From NCBI GenBank assembly GCA_022627495.1, contig JAKEGJ010000016.1, positions 16,995 to 80,994 of the forward strand: DNA of 64,000 nt, read 5' to 3'. Source of the DNA: Candidatus Micrarchaeota archaeon (GTDB taxonomy: Archaea > Micrarchaeota > Micrarchaeia > Anstonellales > Bilamarchaeaceae). The notes below the pieces were generated by a model. The model was not told where the DNA came from. It worked only from the letters and a program-made list of their open reading frames with translations, and ran no database searches. This document shows, piece by piece, positions 49,189 to 58,437 of this stretch (positions are counted from its first letter, which is position 1; each line of letters opens with the position of its first letter). Position numbers and translations under genes: made by a program.

Positions 49189-50790
49189 ATGTCGAGAGGC
49201 AGTTTCCTCAGGGCCGCGGGCGCCGTCGTCGGTGGCGCGGCCGCTGGCGCGATTGGATTTGGGGGCGCAGCGCATGCCGGGCAGGCCCCGGGCGATTATG
49301 TAGCTCCGGAATATGTTGCTGGCGGCGGCATGAATTACAATGTGTGGCCGACCGGGAATCCTGCGGCGGATGTCCAAAACGTCCAGTTTTGCGTTGACAA
49401 CGTACGCGCCGGGGGAAAAGTGCAGCTGAAGAGCGTGGACAAATTCACGGGCATGCCAAAAGCGTTCGACTTTGGGGTCGGCCAGGGCGTAAATATAAAA
49501 AAGGACGTCAAAATCATCGGCGAAACAGACTTAAATGACAAAGGCGAATTATTACATGATGGGACTTACTTATTCCCAAATGGAACTCCGCTGACTAAAG
49601 TTATTGGGGGTCTTCTGCCATTCTATAACGAAGCGAAAGATGGCTATTATGTTCCATTTGAAGGGCCGGAAATCACAATCCAGGGAATTCATTTCACGCA
49701 ATCGAACGTCAATCCGATTGCAATACAATATTGCAAAAACGCAACTATTACTGGGAATAAGATTGATTATATTAAACCTGTACCGCTTCCTGGAACAAAT
49801 TATGCAGTTGGCGGTGGGATTTACGTTGGCACCTGGACACATTTAGATATCGGCTCGCCCGGGTTACAGGTTGGCGGAGCGATTGGCAATATTACGGTAA
49901 CCAATAATTTGGTTGATTGCTTGACTGATACTCCGGTGAAAGACGCAATAATTGGGATAATGTTTATCGGCACAACCAACATTACCGGACATATCAGCCA
50001 TAATAAAGTGATAAACGTTGCGCGAAACGGCGTCGAGTCAATCGATAATATAAATGCGGTTACTGACGAATATCCGGGGGGTTTTTCTTCGCATGTTACC
50101 ATCGAATACAATACGGTAATATCGGATACCGTCGGAAACGATTTTTACGGCACAGTGTCACCAAATTGCATAGTCACAGGCATGAGTCAATATCCGTATC
50201 AAGAAAGTACCGAGTATTTCGTCTTGAACAACAAAATTGATATGAATGGAACGAATCTATCCCAGTTCGGCATTTTGGCTATGGCGAACAAGGCAACGAT
50301 AGAAAATAATGAAATCTTCATGCCCGGTCAAAGTTATGGTGGATTAGGTATAGGCCTTCTTGGGGCGTCAAATTGTGAAGTTAGACACAATACATTGAAA
50401 ACCGAATTGAATGGTACCGGATTTCCTGCCGGGCTTGGCGTGTACCTTGGACCTTTTGCTAATAATTATCCCCCTTATTTCTTTCCATGCACAGGCAATC
50501 TCATTGAAAATAATACGTTTGATGCACCGCCAATATGGTACCCAATACCACAACCTCCCTACTATGCACAGATAAGTTTCATGGCGTATATCGATAAACC
50601 ATTGTGGGGTACTGACTGCCAAGTATACAATAACACATTCAGCGGGGTGAACAACCAGATGCCAGGTGTTCTTTATGGCATAGTATCCTGCCAAGAGGCG
50701 GTGCGAGGTTGTACACAGCTTGGCTGCCCGGGCATGGACCTGAAGAATACTTACGTATTCCCCTTCGGTGTAGGTCCCGGGTGCTTCTGA
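49189..50790 (+). CDS. Secreted right-handed parallel beta-helix (PbH1) repeat protein in a low-GC segment
   Basis: Signal-like MSRGSFLRAAGAVVGGAAAGAIGFGGAAHA. It has repeated PbH1-type turns (ITGNKIDY, VTNNLVDC, ISHNKVIN, IEYNTVIS, IENNEIFM, VRHNTLKT, IENNTFDA, VYNNTFSG). AT content is visibly higher than in the flanks. Confidence 0.7.
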   Translation: MSRGSFLRAAGAVVGGAAAGAIGFGGAAHAGQAPGDYVAPEYVAGGGMNYNVWPTGNPAADVQNVQFCVDNVRAGGKVQLKSVDKFTGMPKAFDFGVGQGVNIKKDVKIIGETDLNDKGELLHDGTYLFPNGTPLTKVIGGLLPFYNEAKDGYYVPFEGPEITIQGIHFTQSNVNPIAIQYCKNATITGNKIDYIKPVPLPGTNYAVGGGIYVGTWTHLDIGSPGLQVGGAIGNITVTNNLVDCLTDTPVKDAIIGIMFIGTTNITGHISHNKVINVARNGVESIDNINAVTDEYPGGFSSHVTIEYNTVISDTVGNDFYGTVSPNCIVTGMSQYPYQESTEYFVLNNKIDMNGTNLSQFGILAMANKATIENNEIFMPGQSYGGLGIGLLGASNCEVRHNTLKTELNGTGFPAGLGVYLGPFANNYPPYFFPCTGNLIENNTFDAPPIWYPIPQPPYYAQISFMAYIDKPLWGTDCQVYNNTFSGVNNQMPGVLYGIVSCQEAVRGCTQLGCPGMDLKNTYVFPFGVGPGCF

Positions 50791-50824
50791 AACCCAACCT
50801 TGAATTTTTTTCTTTTAAAAGTTT

Positions 50825-50858
50825 AGCCGATAAAAATTTGTCGGCTTTTCTTCTTTTT
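50825..50858 (+). terminator. Hairpin plus oligo-T terminator after the beta-helix gene
   Basis: AGCCGATAAAAATTTGTCGGCT followed by TTTCTTCTTTTT. Confidence 0.55.
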
Positions 50859-51315
50859 CCCTTCGTGCGCGGCGAATGCGCCTTTCCTTCCTCATAGAGC
50901 GCTGAATTGCGCAGAAGATGCGTGCAGGCCCCTTAGAGCCACCCTGCAGGGGCAGGCTCAAAACCGCCTTGGACTGGCCGGGTTATGCTGCCTTGATTGC
51001 CGGGCGGCCTCTTTACCGGAAAGAGCCAATGCGCAAGGCAATGCCTAAGGGCATAAGGCCTGCATTTGGATGATGGCAGCCGGATGGGCCATGATGCTGG
51101 CGCATGGGCTCTGCCAGGGGCTGAAACGTCCTGGCCTGCTCACCACTAAGAAGTAAATTATGATATACAAAAATGTAACATTTATGATAACTTTATTTTT
51201 CAATAATGGTATGTTTATAACTGCTGGCGCTTGCATACCTCGGACGAGCTTTTCATGTCCAGATTCAAAGCCACCCGCCCGCAGTTAATAAATCGTTTCT
51301 TCTGGTTGCTATTTT

Positions 51316-52590
51316 CTAGCAATGGGCTGAAACGTGCCTCTTCGATGCCAGCATCCATTTCCAGGCGGGGACAACCGTAATCTTCCTTCCATCCAGGACA
51401 AAATGATCCTCCTGGTCGAACGTCAGTATCAGCCCCTCCTTAAGGTCGAACTCATTTAGCGCTTCAAGGAGCCCGCTGACCTCGCGCTGCTTGTTGTCTT
51501 CAGTCAGCTTGTAGCAGGCCTGGAATGCAGCCGAAATCCTGTCCCTGTCCTTCACCACGAAATCGCACTCCCCCTTTCCCTTGTAGTAGAATATGTCGCG
51601 GCAGTGCCTGCGCAGGTGGAGGAAAACTGCATTTTCCAGAAGACGGCCCTCATCATTGGAGAACGACGCCGAGTTGGCTTTTGCAAGGCCGTTGTCTATG
51701 CAGTAAACCTTCTTCGGATTGACGAGCTGCTTCCTGAGCGAGTAGGCGAATTTCGGAACCGCAAAGACCAGGTACGCATCTTCAAAGAATGACACATAGG
51801 ACGCCGCAGTCGTAGTGGACAGGCTGAACGTCTGCCCGATTTTGTTGTAGGTGAACTCCCTGGCAGTGTTTGTGAGGAGGTATACCGCGAGCTCCTTTAC
51901 TGTTTTCGTGTCCCTGAGCTTGTGGCGCACCACGATGTCGCGCTCGATCACATCGTTGAGGAGCTCGCGCAGGCTTTCAGCCTTGCCATAGCGAAGGTAA
52001 GCCGGAAAACCCCCCTCCCCCAGGTATGTTGCAAGGGATGCAGGGCCTGCCTTGGCTTTCCGCAATGAAAGCGCTTCGCCAAAGGAGAACGGGAAAAGCT
52101 CCTCCCGCAAGTGCCTTCCGGTAAGCCGGGTCCCAAGCTCTTTGCTCAGGAGCGAGGCGTTCGAACCGGTCAGCACGAACCGCTTGCCCCTGTCCAGGCC
52201 GGTCCTGACAAAAAGCTCCCACCTCTCCACATTCTGCACTTCATCGAAAAAATAGCAGTCGGAATCGCCGAACTCCTCATGGAATACCTCGTCAAGCTTC
52301 TGGAAATCCGATACTTCAAAGCCGGCGACCTGCGAATCATCAAAATTGAAATAATAAAACCGGCCTGTTTTTTTTGCAATCTGCCTTAGAAGCGTGCTCT
52401 TTCCGCATCTGCGGATGCCGGATAACACAACCGCATATGGCGTCTCGAGGTCTATCCTTCCCAACTCCTCCCTCTCAAGGCCGTAATCAACGGATGCAAG
52501 CTCTTCCATCTGGTCCCTGGCAATCCCGCGGAGCGTTTCCTTCAGCAACATGATGCCGTTATGCATTGAAAAGAATATAATTGTTTCCAT
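51316..52590 (-). CDS. AAA-family ATPase with DUF4143-type C-terminal domain (COG1373-like)
   Basis: Walker A VLSGIRRCGKSTLLRQ, Walker B CYFFDEVQ, and a C-terminal restriction-endonuclease-like GECDFVV. Confidence 0.75.
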   Translation of the reverse strand: METIIFFSMHNGIMLLKETLRGIARDQMEELASVDYGLEREELGRIDLETPYAVVLSGIRRCGKSTLLRQIAKKTGRFYYFNFDDSQVAGFEVSDFQKLDEVFHEEFGDSDCYFFDEVQNVERWELFVRTGLDRGKRFVLTGSNASLLSKELGTRLTGRHLREELFPFSFGEALSLRKAKAGPASLATYLGEGGFPAYLRYGKAESLRELLNDVIERDIVVRHKLRDTKTVKELAVYLLTNTAREFTYNKIGQTFSLSTTTAASYVSFFEDAYLVFAVPKFAYSLRKQLVNPKKVYCIDNGLAKANSASFSNDEGRLLENAVFLHLRRHCRDIFYYKGKGECDFVVKDRDRISAAFQACYKLTEDNKQREVSGLLEALNEFDLKEGLILTFDQEDHFVLDGRKITVVPAWKWMLASKRHVSAHC

Positions 52591-52668
52591 TTAGGATGGA
52601 CAAGATTATCCATTCATAATGGACGCATTTATGAGGCCCTTTTGGATTATATGGATTTGTCGAAAAAA

Positions 52669-53364
52669 TCAGCCCGATAGCACCTTGGTCTCGACCGAGC
52701 CTGCGGTCAGCTTGTTTATCTTGTCGTAGAACTCGCCCTGCATCCCGCCGAATATCTCGACGACAACTACAAGGTCCCCGCTGCCGAGCCACTGCTCCTT
52801 CTCGATGCCGTAGTTCTTCAGGGTGCCGTAGCACTTGTGCGCATACGCCGCGGGCACCTTGACCGCGATTTTCATCTTCTCGAACTTCATCGGCAGGATG
52901 GGGCGCAGTTCCTTCACCACTTCCTCCATCTGCTCGCGCGGGTCCTTGAACGGGTCGATATGTATCCTCGCCTGCTCCATCGCCTGCTCGAGGCGTATCT
53001 GGGTGTGCGGGGCCTTCGTGCGCGGGTCTATGGCCTCGCGCAGGAGTATCGCGACCACCTGCTTGCGCTTCTCCTCCACCTTCTTGCGCCTCTGCTCGGT
53101 CGTGAGCTGGACCTCCCCGTTTTTGAGTATGAACTCCAGTATGGCCATGATGTCCGTGGTGTGGAATACCTTCTGCACGTCCGCGGCCTTCGCCTTCTCG
53201 CCCTTCTTCGCGTCCTCGTAAATCTCCTCGGCGACGAGGATGTTCTTGACGTCCGGCTTGCGCTTCTCCACGAACGCGTACGCCGCGTCCGGGTCCACGT
53301 AAATCTCGAACCTCTTGCCGTCCCTTTCATACGATGCGATGATAGCTCGGTCAAGCGTTGTCAT
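52669..53364 (-). CDS. SBDS/Sdo1-family ribosome maturation protein
   Basis: AIIASYERDGKRFEIYVDPDAAYAF ... VQKVFHTTDIMAILEFILKNGEVQLTTEQRRK. Confidence 0.85.
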   Translation of the reverse strand: MTTLDRAIIASYERDGKRFEIYVDPDAAYAFVEKRKPDVKNILVAEEIYEDAKKGEKAKAADVQKVFHTTDIMAILEFILKNGEVQLTTEQRRKKVEEKRKQVVAILLREAIDPRTKAPHTQIRLEQAMEQARIHIDPFKDPREQMEEVVKELRPILPMKFEKMKIAVKVPAAYAHKCYGTLKNYGIEKEQWLGSGDLVVVVEIFGGMQGEFYDKINKLTAGSVETKVLSG

Positions 53365-53505
53365 GAAATCAGCCGCTAGGAATACCACGCGAATATTTTT
53401 ATCTGCGCATGGCGGGGCTGCCCGGGTCGGAAGGATTCAAAAGAATTAAATATAACATTCGCGAATTGATTTTATCATTTTTTTTACAACCAGAGAGGTG
53501 ATTTA

Positions 53506-54414
53506 TTGTCGGAGAAAGAATCGAACACAGTTACATTCAGCAAGGACATGTTGTATGGCATCCTAATTATGGGATTGGCGGCACTGCTTGTCATATCGAC
53601 GATGACGCAGGGATTCGGCCTGGTGAAGGGCCCGGCAACCGAGTGCCCCGTGTGCCAGAACTGCACCGGCAACGCATCCGGCAACACAACCGGCAATACG
53701 GCCGGGAACGCATCCCTCAAAACGATGCAGGTGCCATCCATGCTCTCGCAGTCGCCCCTCATGGGCTCTGCATCCAGCAAGGTCACGGTGGTGGAATTCT
53801 CAGACTTCCAGTGCCCGTTCTGCGGGATGACATACGGCTCCCCGTGGGCGGAGGCTTACGCTTCCCAATACGGCCCCATAATCGGGACTGTCGCGAAAAT
53901 CGAGGATGATTATGTCGCGGCTGGCAAAGCTGCATTGAGGCACTACCCCGTCGCGTTCCTCGGCCAGGAGTCGATATACGCATCGAACGCGGCCATGTGC
54001 GCGAACGCCCAGGGCAAGTACTGGGAGATGCACGACGCGATATTCGACAACCAGACTCCTGAGGAGAACGACGGCAAGTACTCGAAAGCGAACCTCAAGG
54101 TTCTCGCCTCCGGAATCAGCGGCCTTGATGCAGCTGCATTCTCGTCATGCGTCGATGGCGACACCTATGCGGACACCGTCGATGGCTTCACGAGCGACTG
54201 GCAGACCGTATCGGCAGCCAATGTCGGCAGGGCCGGCACGCCGACCTTCTACATCCTTGTCGATGCGGCGAAGGTGGGCAAGGACAAGGTGAAATCCGCG
54301 GCCGAAGGGGCTGGCTTCGACTGGGGCCTCTCATCAGACGGCAAGACGTATGTTATTGTCGCGAGCCCCGAGTACGCCAAAATCAAGCTGGCCATCGACG
54401 CCCTGCTCGCGTGA
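53506..54414 (+). CDS. Membrane-anchored DsbA-like thiol:disulfide oxidoreductase (thioredoxin fold, CPFC)
   Basis: N-terminal TM, then VTVVEFSDFQCPFCGM and GTPTFYI (cis-Pro loop). TTG start at 53506 with GAGAGGTGA upstream. Confidence 0.75.
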   Translation: MSEKESNTVTFSKDMLYGILIMGLAALLVISTMTQGFGLVKGPATECPVCQNCTGNASGNTTGNTAGNASLKTMQVPSMLSQSPLMGSASSKVTVVEFSDFQCPFCGMTYGSPWAEAYASQYGPIIGTVAKIEDDYVAAGKAALRHYPVAFLGQESIYASNAAMCANAQGKYWEMHDAIFDNQTPEENDGKYSKANLKVLASGISGLDAAAFSSCVDGDTYADTVDGFTSDWQTVSAANVGRAGTPTFYILVDAAKVGKDKVKSAAEGAGFDWGLSSDGKTYVIVASPEYAKIKLAIDALLA

Positions 54415-54500
54415 TTTTTTCCTTTCCATTTTTCTTCTTTTTCCATTTTTCCCGTTTTTCTCATTCTATCGCCCGTTTTTTTCCGGATTCGGCTTCCGCA
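54415..54500 (+). terminator. Series of oligo-T tracts after the DsbA-like gene
   Basis: TTTTTTCCTTTCCATTTTTCTTCTTTTTCCATTTTTCCCGTTTTTC...CGTTTTTTTCC. Archaeal terminators are oligo-T. Confidence 0.45.
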
Positions 54501-54543
54501 GGCTACAGAACACTATAAATACTCATTCGCCGGATAACAAATC

Positions 54544-55695
54544 ATGAAATTGATGACAATATTTGCGGTTCTGTTAGTTCTTGGTTTTTGTTTTTCAGGT
54601 ACTTTTACCCCCCAACCCCAGCCTTCGGAAGATGACGACCCGCAGTACAGCATGCAGGTCGCAATCAGCCCGTCCTGCGACGGGAATGCCGTAAGCGTCA
54701 TGGCCAAAGGCGAAAACCTCTCCGGCGCGCATGTGTCGGTCAAGGACGTCTCAAACGCCAACCTCGTGGCATGGGGCGATACGGGCGCGGACGGCACGTT
54801 CGTTTTCAATGCCTGCGGGATGAAGGTGGATGTCAAGGTGACGAGCGAGGACTACGATTCCCAGGTGCTCACCCAGCAGCTGGTGGACTGCGGCCAGTGC
54901 GGCGCGCCCGAACCGGAATGCACCGAGAGCGGGCAGTGCGCTGCAGCGGCAGCGTGCGTGGATGGCGCGTGCGAGCCCATACCGTGCGAATGCGGCAAGG
55001 TGGAAAACCACCAGTGCGTCCGATACGCCTGCTGTTCGGATTCCCAGTGCCTTTCCACGCAGTCCTGCGTGGACCATTCCTGCGTGGAGAAGCCTCCGGC
55101 GGAGGAAGGATGCAGCCAGGACGGGGATTGCACGCAGACGCAGTACTGCGCCATACCAGCCACCCACAACACCGGCTCCTGCGAGGATGTGGTCGACGAG
55201 GGCTGCGGCCAGATACTGAACCACACGTTCGCGGCTTACGGCTATGAATGCGGCACCGAAAAAGGGTGCCCGTCCTGCCAGGCAGGATACGAGTGCAGAA
55301 ACCACAAGTGCGTTCAGAACAACGTGGCCTGCCCGGCATCGGGCGTCGTAGGGGCCAGCCCGGCATGCGACGCAAGCGAGAACGGCCAGCCGTGCGCGAA
55401 CTGCGATTACGTGGTGACTGACCCGTCAGGACAGAACAGCACGGGCAGGACCGACCAGAACGGCACCTTCACCTTCCCGCTCAACCTCCCCGGCACCTAC
55501 CGGGTAGCCCTCCTGAAAGACGGGCAGGCTGTGAAGATAATAGAGGTCAAGTCGATGCCGAAAGCGCAGGGCGAGGAAACGGAGAAGCCGACCGGCGCAA
55601 GCTCGGACATGACCCCCATCATCGTGGGCGTCTTGCTCCTCCTGCTGCTTGCCGGGGCCATCCTCTTCTGGAAGTCCCGCGCGGCAAAGAAGTGA
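54544..55695 (+). CDS. Cys-rich surface protein with CarboxypepD_reg-like beta-sandwich modules and C-terminal TM anchor
   Basis: Signal peptide (MKLMTIFAVLLVLGFCFSG) and repeated C-x-x-D/S-x-x-C-x(4-6)-C-V-D-x-x-C units. It also has GRTDQNGTFTFPLNLPGTYRV and a C-terminal TM (IIVGVLLLLLLAGAILFW). Confidence 0.7.
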   Translation: MKLMTIFAVLLVLGFCFSGTFTPQPQPSEDDDPQYSMQVAISPSCDGNAVSVMAKGENLSGAHVSVKDVSNANLVAWGDTGADGTFVFNACGMKVDVKVTSEDYDSQVLTQQLVDCGQCGAPEPECTESGQCAAAAACVDGACEPIPCECGKVENHQCVRYACCSDSQCLSTQSCVDHSCVEKPPAEEGCSQDGDCTQTQYCAIPATHNTGSCEDVVDEGCGQILNHTFAAYGYECGTEKGCPSCQAGYECRNHKCVQNNVACPASGVVGASPACDASENGQPCANCDYVVTDPSGQNSTGRTDQNGTFTFPLNLPGTYRVALLKDGQAVKIIEVKSMPKAQGEETEKPTGASSDMTPIIVGVLLLLLLAGAILFWKSRAAKK

Positions 55696-55724
55696 TTTCG
55701 TTTATTTTTTTTATTCTCATTTTT

Positions 55725-56576
55725 TTATATGAAAATCATGGCCAGCCCCAGCACCATCAGCGCTATGGCCGCGTATTTCTGCCCGTCCAGCCTCTCCCCC
55801 AGCAGGAAATAAGCGAGCACGGTGTTGACGACGGGCGTGCCGGAATAGATGGCTGATGTCAGCCCCGCTCCTATGCTTGCGACGGAAGTGCTGTACAATG
55901 CCGACCCTGCAAAGAGGAGGCATCCGGCCGCGGCCGCAGGCGCCGCCGCGATGGCGGGCTTTGGAAGCGAAAGGCTTTTCCCGCGGAGGATATGGGACGT
56001 GATGATGAATGCGGCTATCCCCGCCTCGAGGAAAAGGCTGGCCTGGAGGGGGCCGAGGGCCAGGACGAAGCCTTTGATGGATGTATAATAGTATGCGCGG
56101 CAGAGGATTGACACGGCCAGATAAGGCATCCACGGCATCAGCGAAAGCTTCCCTCCCTCGTCCCTCGCCACGATGAGGGCGGCGGCGACAATCAGGAGCG
56201 CGCCAATGATTTGGAACACCCCCGGGGTTTCGGAAAGGAACGCGATGCTCGCACCCAGGACCAGCACGCTGGCCATCCTGCTAACCGGCACGATGACGCT
56301 CGCCTTCCCAAGGTGAAGCGCCTTATACTCCGAAATGGAGCCGAGCGCGCCTGCGGCTATCTGGATGACGTATGCGAAGACGAGCGCTTCCGGCAACGAT
56401 ATCGAAAGGCCGAGGGCGAGCGCACAGCCAAACAGGAGCGCCACCAGCACGATATACGAATAGGCTATCGCCCTGTGCCTGCCGATTGAGGCTATGGCCT
56501 TTTTCGATACGGTCCCCATCGAGCCGTAGGCCAGAAGCGAGCCGGTTGCGGGAAGGAATTCGAGCATCTCATCCAT
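55725..56576 (-). CDS. EamA/DMT-superfamily transporter
   Basis: About 10 TM segments in two EamA-like halves. Start set at MDEMLEF; the longer ORF overlaps ligT. Confidence 0.75.
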   Translation of the reverse strand: MDEMLEFLPATGSLLAYGSMGTVSKKAIASIGRHRAIAYSYIVLVALLFGCALALGLSISLPEALVFAYVIQIAAGALGSISEYKALHLGKASVIVPVSRMASVLVLGASIAFLSETPGVFQIIGALLIVAAALIVARDEGGKLSLMPWMPYLAVSILCRAYYYTSIKGFVLALGPLQASLFLEAGIAAFIITSHILRGKSLSLPKPAIAAAPAAAAGCLLFAGSALYSTSVASIGAGLTSAIYSGTPVVNTVLAYFLLGERLDGQKYAAIALMVLGLAMIFI

Positions 56577-57096
56577 CCGCCTTGAATACCGCCAGAGTCG
56601 TGTATTGCGGCCCCCCCGGGCCGAGCACGCTGCATACCAGGTGGAATTCGTCCGTTTCGAACGCGCCGAACTCCTCGTCCAGGTGTTTCTCGAGAAAAGC
56701 ACGCGGGTCCAGCCTGCTCTTCACCCGGGCAATCGTAAGATGGGCTGTAAACCGTTCTTCCCCCCCGTACCCGCCAAGCGCGCCTGCGACGTCTTTTGCG
56801 AGCGCTTCCAGCGCGCCGCTGCTCGCGCATCCGGCCCACACGACCCGGACGAAGCTTTCGTTCGGGAAGACGCCGACACCCCGGATGCGGCAGGAGAACC
56901 GCTTGAATTTCACCCTGCCAAGCTGCTTTTTTACATCAACGATTTGTGAATCCGGGATTTCCCCCAGGAATCTCAGCGTGAGGTGCATGTTGTCATGCCT
57001 CACCAGGCTGATGCCCGGGGCGGCAATCTCCTGCCCGAGCGCCGACACCTTCCTGCGCAGCGCCTCGGGGACCGGAACGGCGACGAATACCCTCAT
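56569..57096 (-). CDS. RNA 2',3'-cyclic phosphodiesterase / 2'-5' RNA ligase family (LigT/ThpR, 2H)
   Basis: Two H-x-T-x motifs (HLTLRF and HLTIAR) in a 175-aa protein. Confidence 0.85.
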   Translation of the reverse strand: MRVFVAVPVPEALRRKVSALGQEIAAPGISLVRHDNMHLTLRFLGEIPDSQIVDVKKQLGRVKFKRFSCRIRGVGVFPNESFVRVVWAGCASSGALEALAKDVAGALGGYGGEERFTAHLTIARVKSRLDPRAFLEKHLDEEFGAFETDEFHLVCSVLGPGGPQYTTLAVFKADG

Positions 57097-57130
57097 GTGT
57101 TTAAAATATCGCGCGGAGATTAAAAGCGGT

Positions 57131-58360
57131 ATGTCCGGCCATGAGGTGTTCCGCTACGAGTCCCGCTCCATCCGCCTGGCGTTTTCCGGGGGGGAATTGA
57201 AGACGAAGGAATCAGATTCCTCGGCCGGCTTCGCGGTCCGCGCCCTGGAAGGCGGGCGCCTCGGGTTCGGCCACTGCCAGCACGAATCCGGCGTTGAAGG
57301 GGCGCTTGCCCAGGCAAGGCAGATGTCCCGCTTCTCGGTCAAAAGCGGCTTTTCCTTCGCCCCCGCATCAACATTCGCCAAGCCCGCCATACATGACCCG
57401 TCCTCCTCCCCCGACGACGTGGAATCGATGCGCTCCCTGGTGGATGAAGCGAAGGACATGGCGTCGTCCAAGGGCGGCAACCCCAGGGTCATGGCGTCAA
57501 TGGAGGATGCCCGCGTCAGCGTCGAGAACACCGCCGGCTTCAGCGGCGCATTCAAAAAGACGGTCTTCACGCTCTATGTCGAAAGCATGCATGGCGACGG
57601 ATACGGGTTCTCTTTCCTGGCATCGCACCGCCGCCCCAAGGACGCAGCAGTGCATGGCCTTCTGGCCGCGGAAATGGCCCAGGCGATGCAGAACGCCGGA
57701 AAGCCGGAAAGCGGCTCTTATACGGTGGTCATGGAGCCCGAGGCGCTGGAAAGCCTCGTGGACACGCTCCTCCCTTCGCTTTCGGGTGACTGGAAACGGC
57801 GCGGCATCACTGCGCTTGCGGAGGGGAAAAAACGCTTCTCGGACATGCTTACAATATGCGACGACGGGCTTTCGGAAGGCATCAACGCCCGGCCTTTCGA
57901 TGACGAGGGAACCCCTTCGCAAAAGCGGGCGCTAATCGAGCGCGGCGAGGTCAAGTCATTCCTCTACGACCGCGAGACATCGGCCCTTGAAGGCGGGAGC
58001 GTGAAGGAATCCGGCTCCTGCTCCCGCGAATCGTACGATTCGGCGCCGTCAATCGGGGCATCTAACATCGTCATATCCCCAGGCGGCATGGAAGATTTGG
58101 GCGAGCTGGACCGTTTCATCGAAGTGCGCTCGGCGCACGGTTCGCATACCGCGAACCTCACGACCGGCGACATAGGCCTGGAGGTGAGCACGGCGTTTTT
58201 GGTGGAGAAGGGCAGGCGCAGGCCAATCAAGGGCTTCATGCTGAGCGGAAACGTCTTCGACATGTTCGCCAATATCGAGGCGATGGAGAAAAAGCAGCGC
58301 GTGTTCGGCTCTCTCGTGGCGCCGCGCATCGCCTTCGGCAACGTCCGCGTCGTTTCGTAA
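57131..58360 (+). CDS. PmbA/TldD-family metalloprotease
   Basis: 409 aa starting MSGHEVFRY. It carries SAGFAVRALEGGRLGFG and the C-terminal GSHTANLTTGDIGLEVSTAFLVEKG..PIKGFMLSGNVFDM. Confidence 0.8.
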   Translation: MSGHEVFRYESRSIRLAFSGGELKTKESDSSAGFAVRALEGGRLGFGHCQHESGVEGALAQARQMSRFSVKSGFSFAPASTFAKPAIHDPSSSPDDVESMRSLVDEAKDMASSKGGNPRVMASMEDARVSVENTAGFSGAFKKTVFTLYVESMHGDGYGFSFLASHRRPKDAAVHGLLAAEMAQAMQNAGKPESGSYTVVMEPEALESLVDTLLPSLSGDWKRRGITALAEGKKRFSDMLTICDDGLSEGINARPFDDEGTPSQKRALIERGEVKSFLYDRETSALEGGSVKESGSCSRESYDSAPSIGASNIVISPGGMEDLGELDRFIEVRSAHGSHTANLTTGDIGLEVSTAFLVEKGRRRPIKGFMLSGNVFDMFANIEAMEKKQRVFGSLVAPRIAFGNVRVVS

Positions 58361-58437
58361 ATCCGGATTACGCATCCTCCTGCCCGGCCCGGAAGTAATT
58401 TATACCCGGGCTTCGCTCTTATTGGTGTGATTTTTAG

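Noticed and set aside
49189-49280. Twin-arginine (Tat) signal on the beta-helix protein (SRGSFLRAAG)
   Set aside because: The motif has R-G rather than the R-R pair. It is called only as a generic signal peptide.
51045-51236. 63-aa ORF in the AT-rich spacer of the low-GC island
   Set aside because: It has no start context or motif, and its hydrophobic, low-complexity translation is what AT-rich DNA produces. It is probably non-coding.
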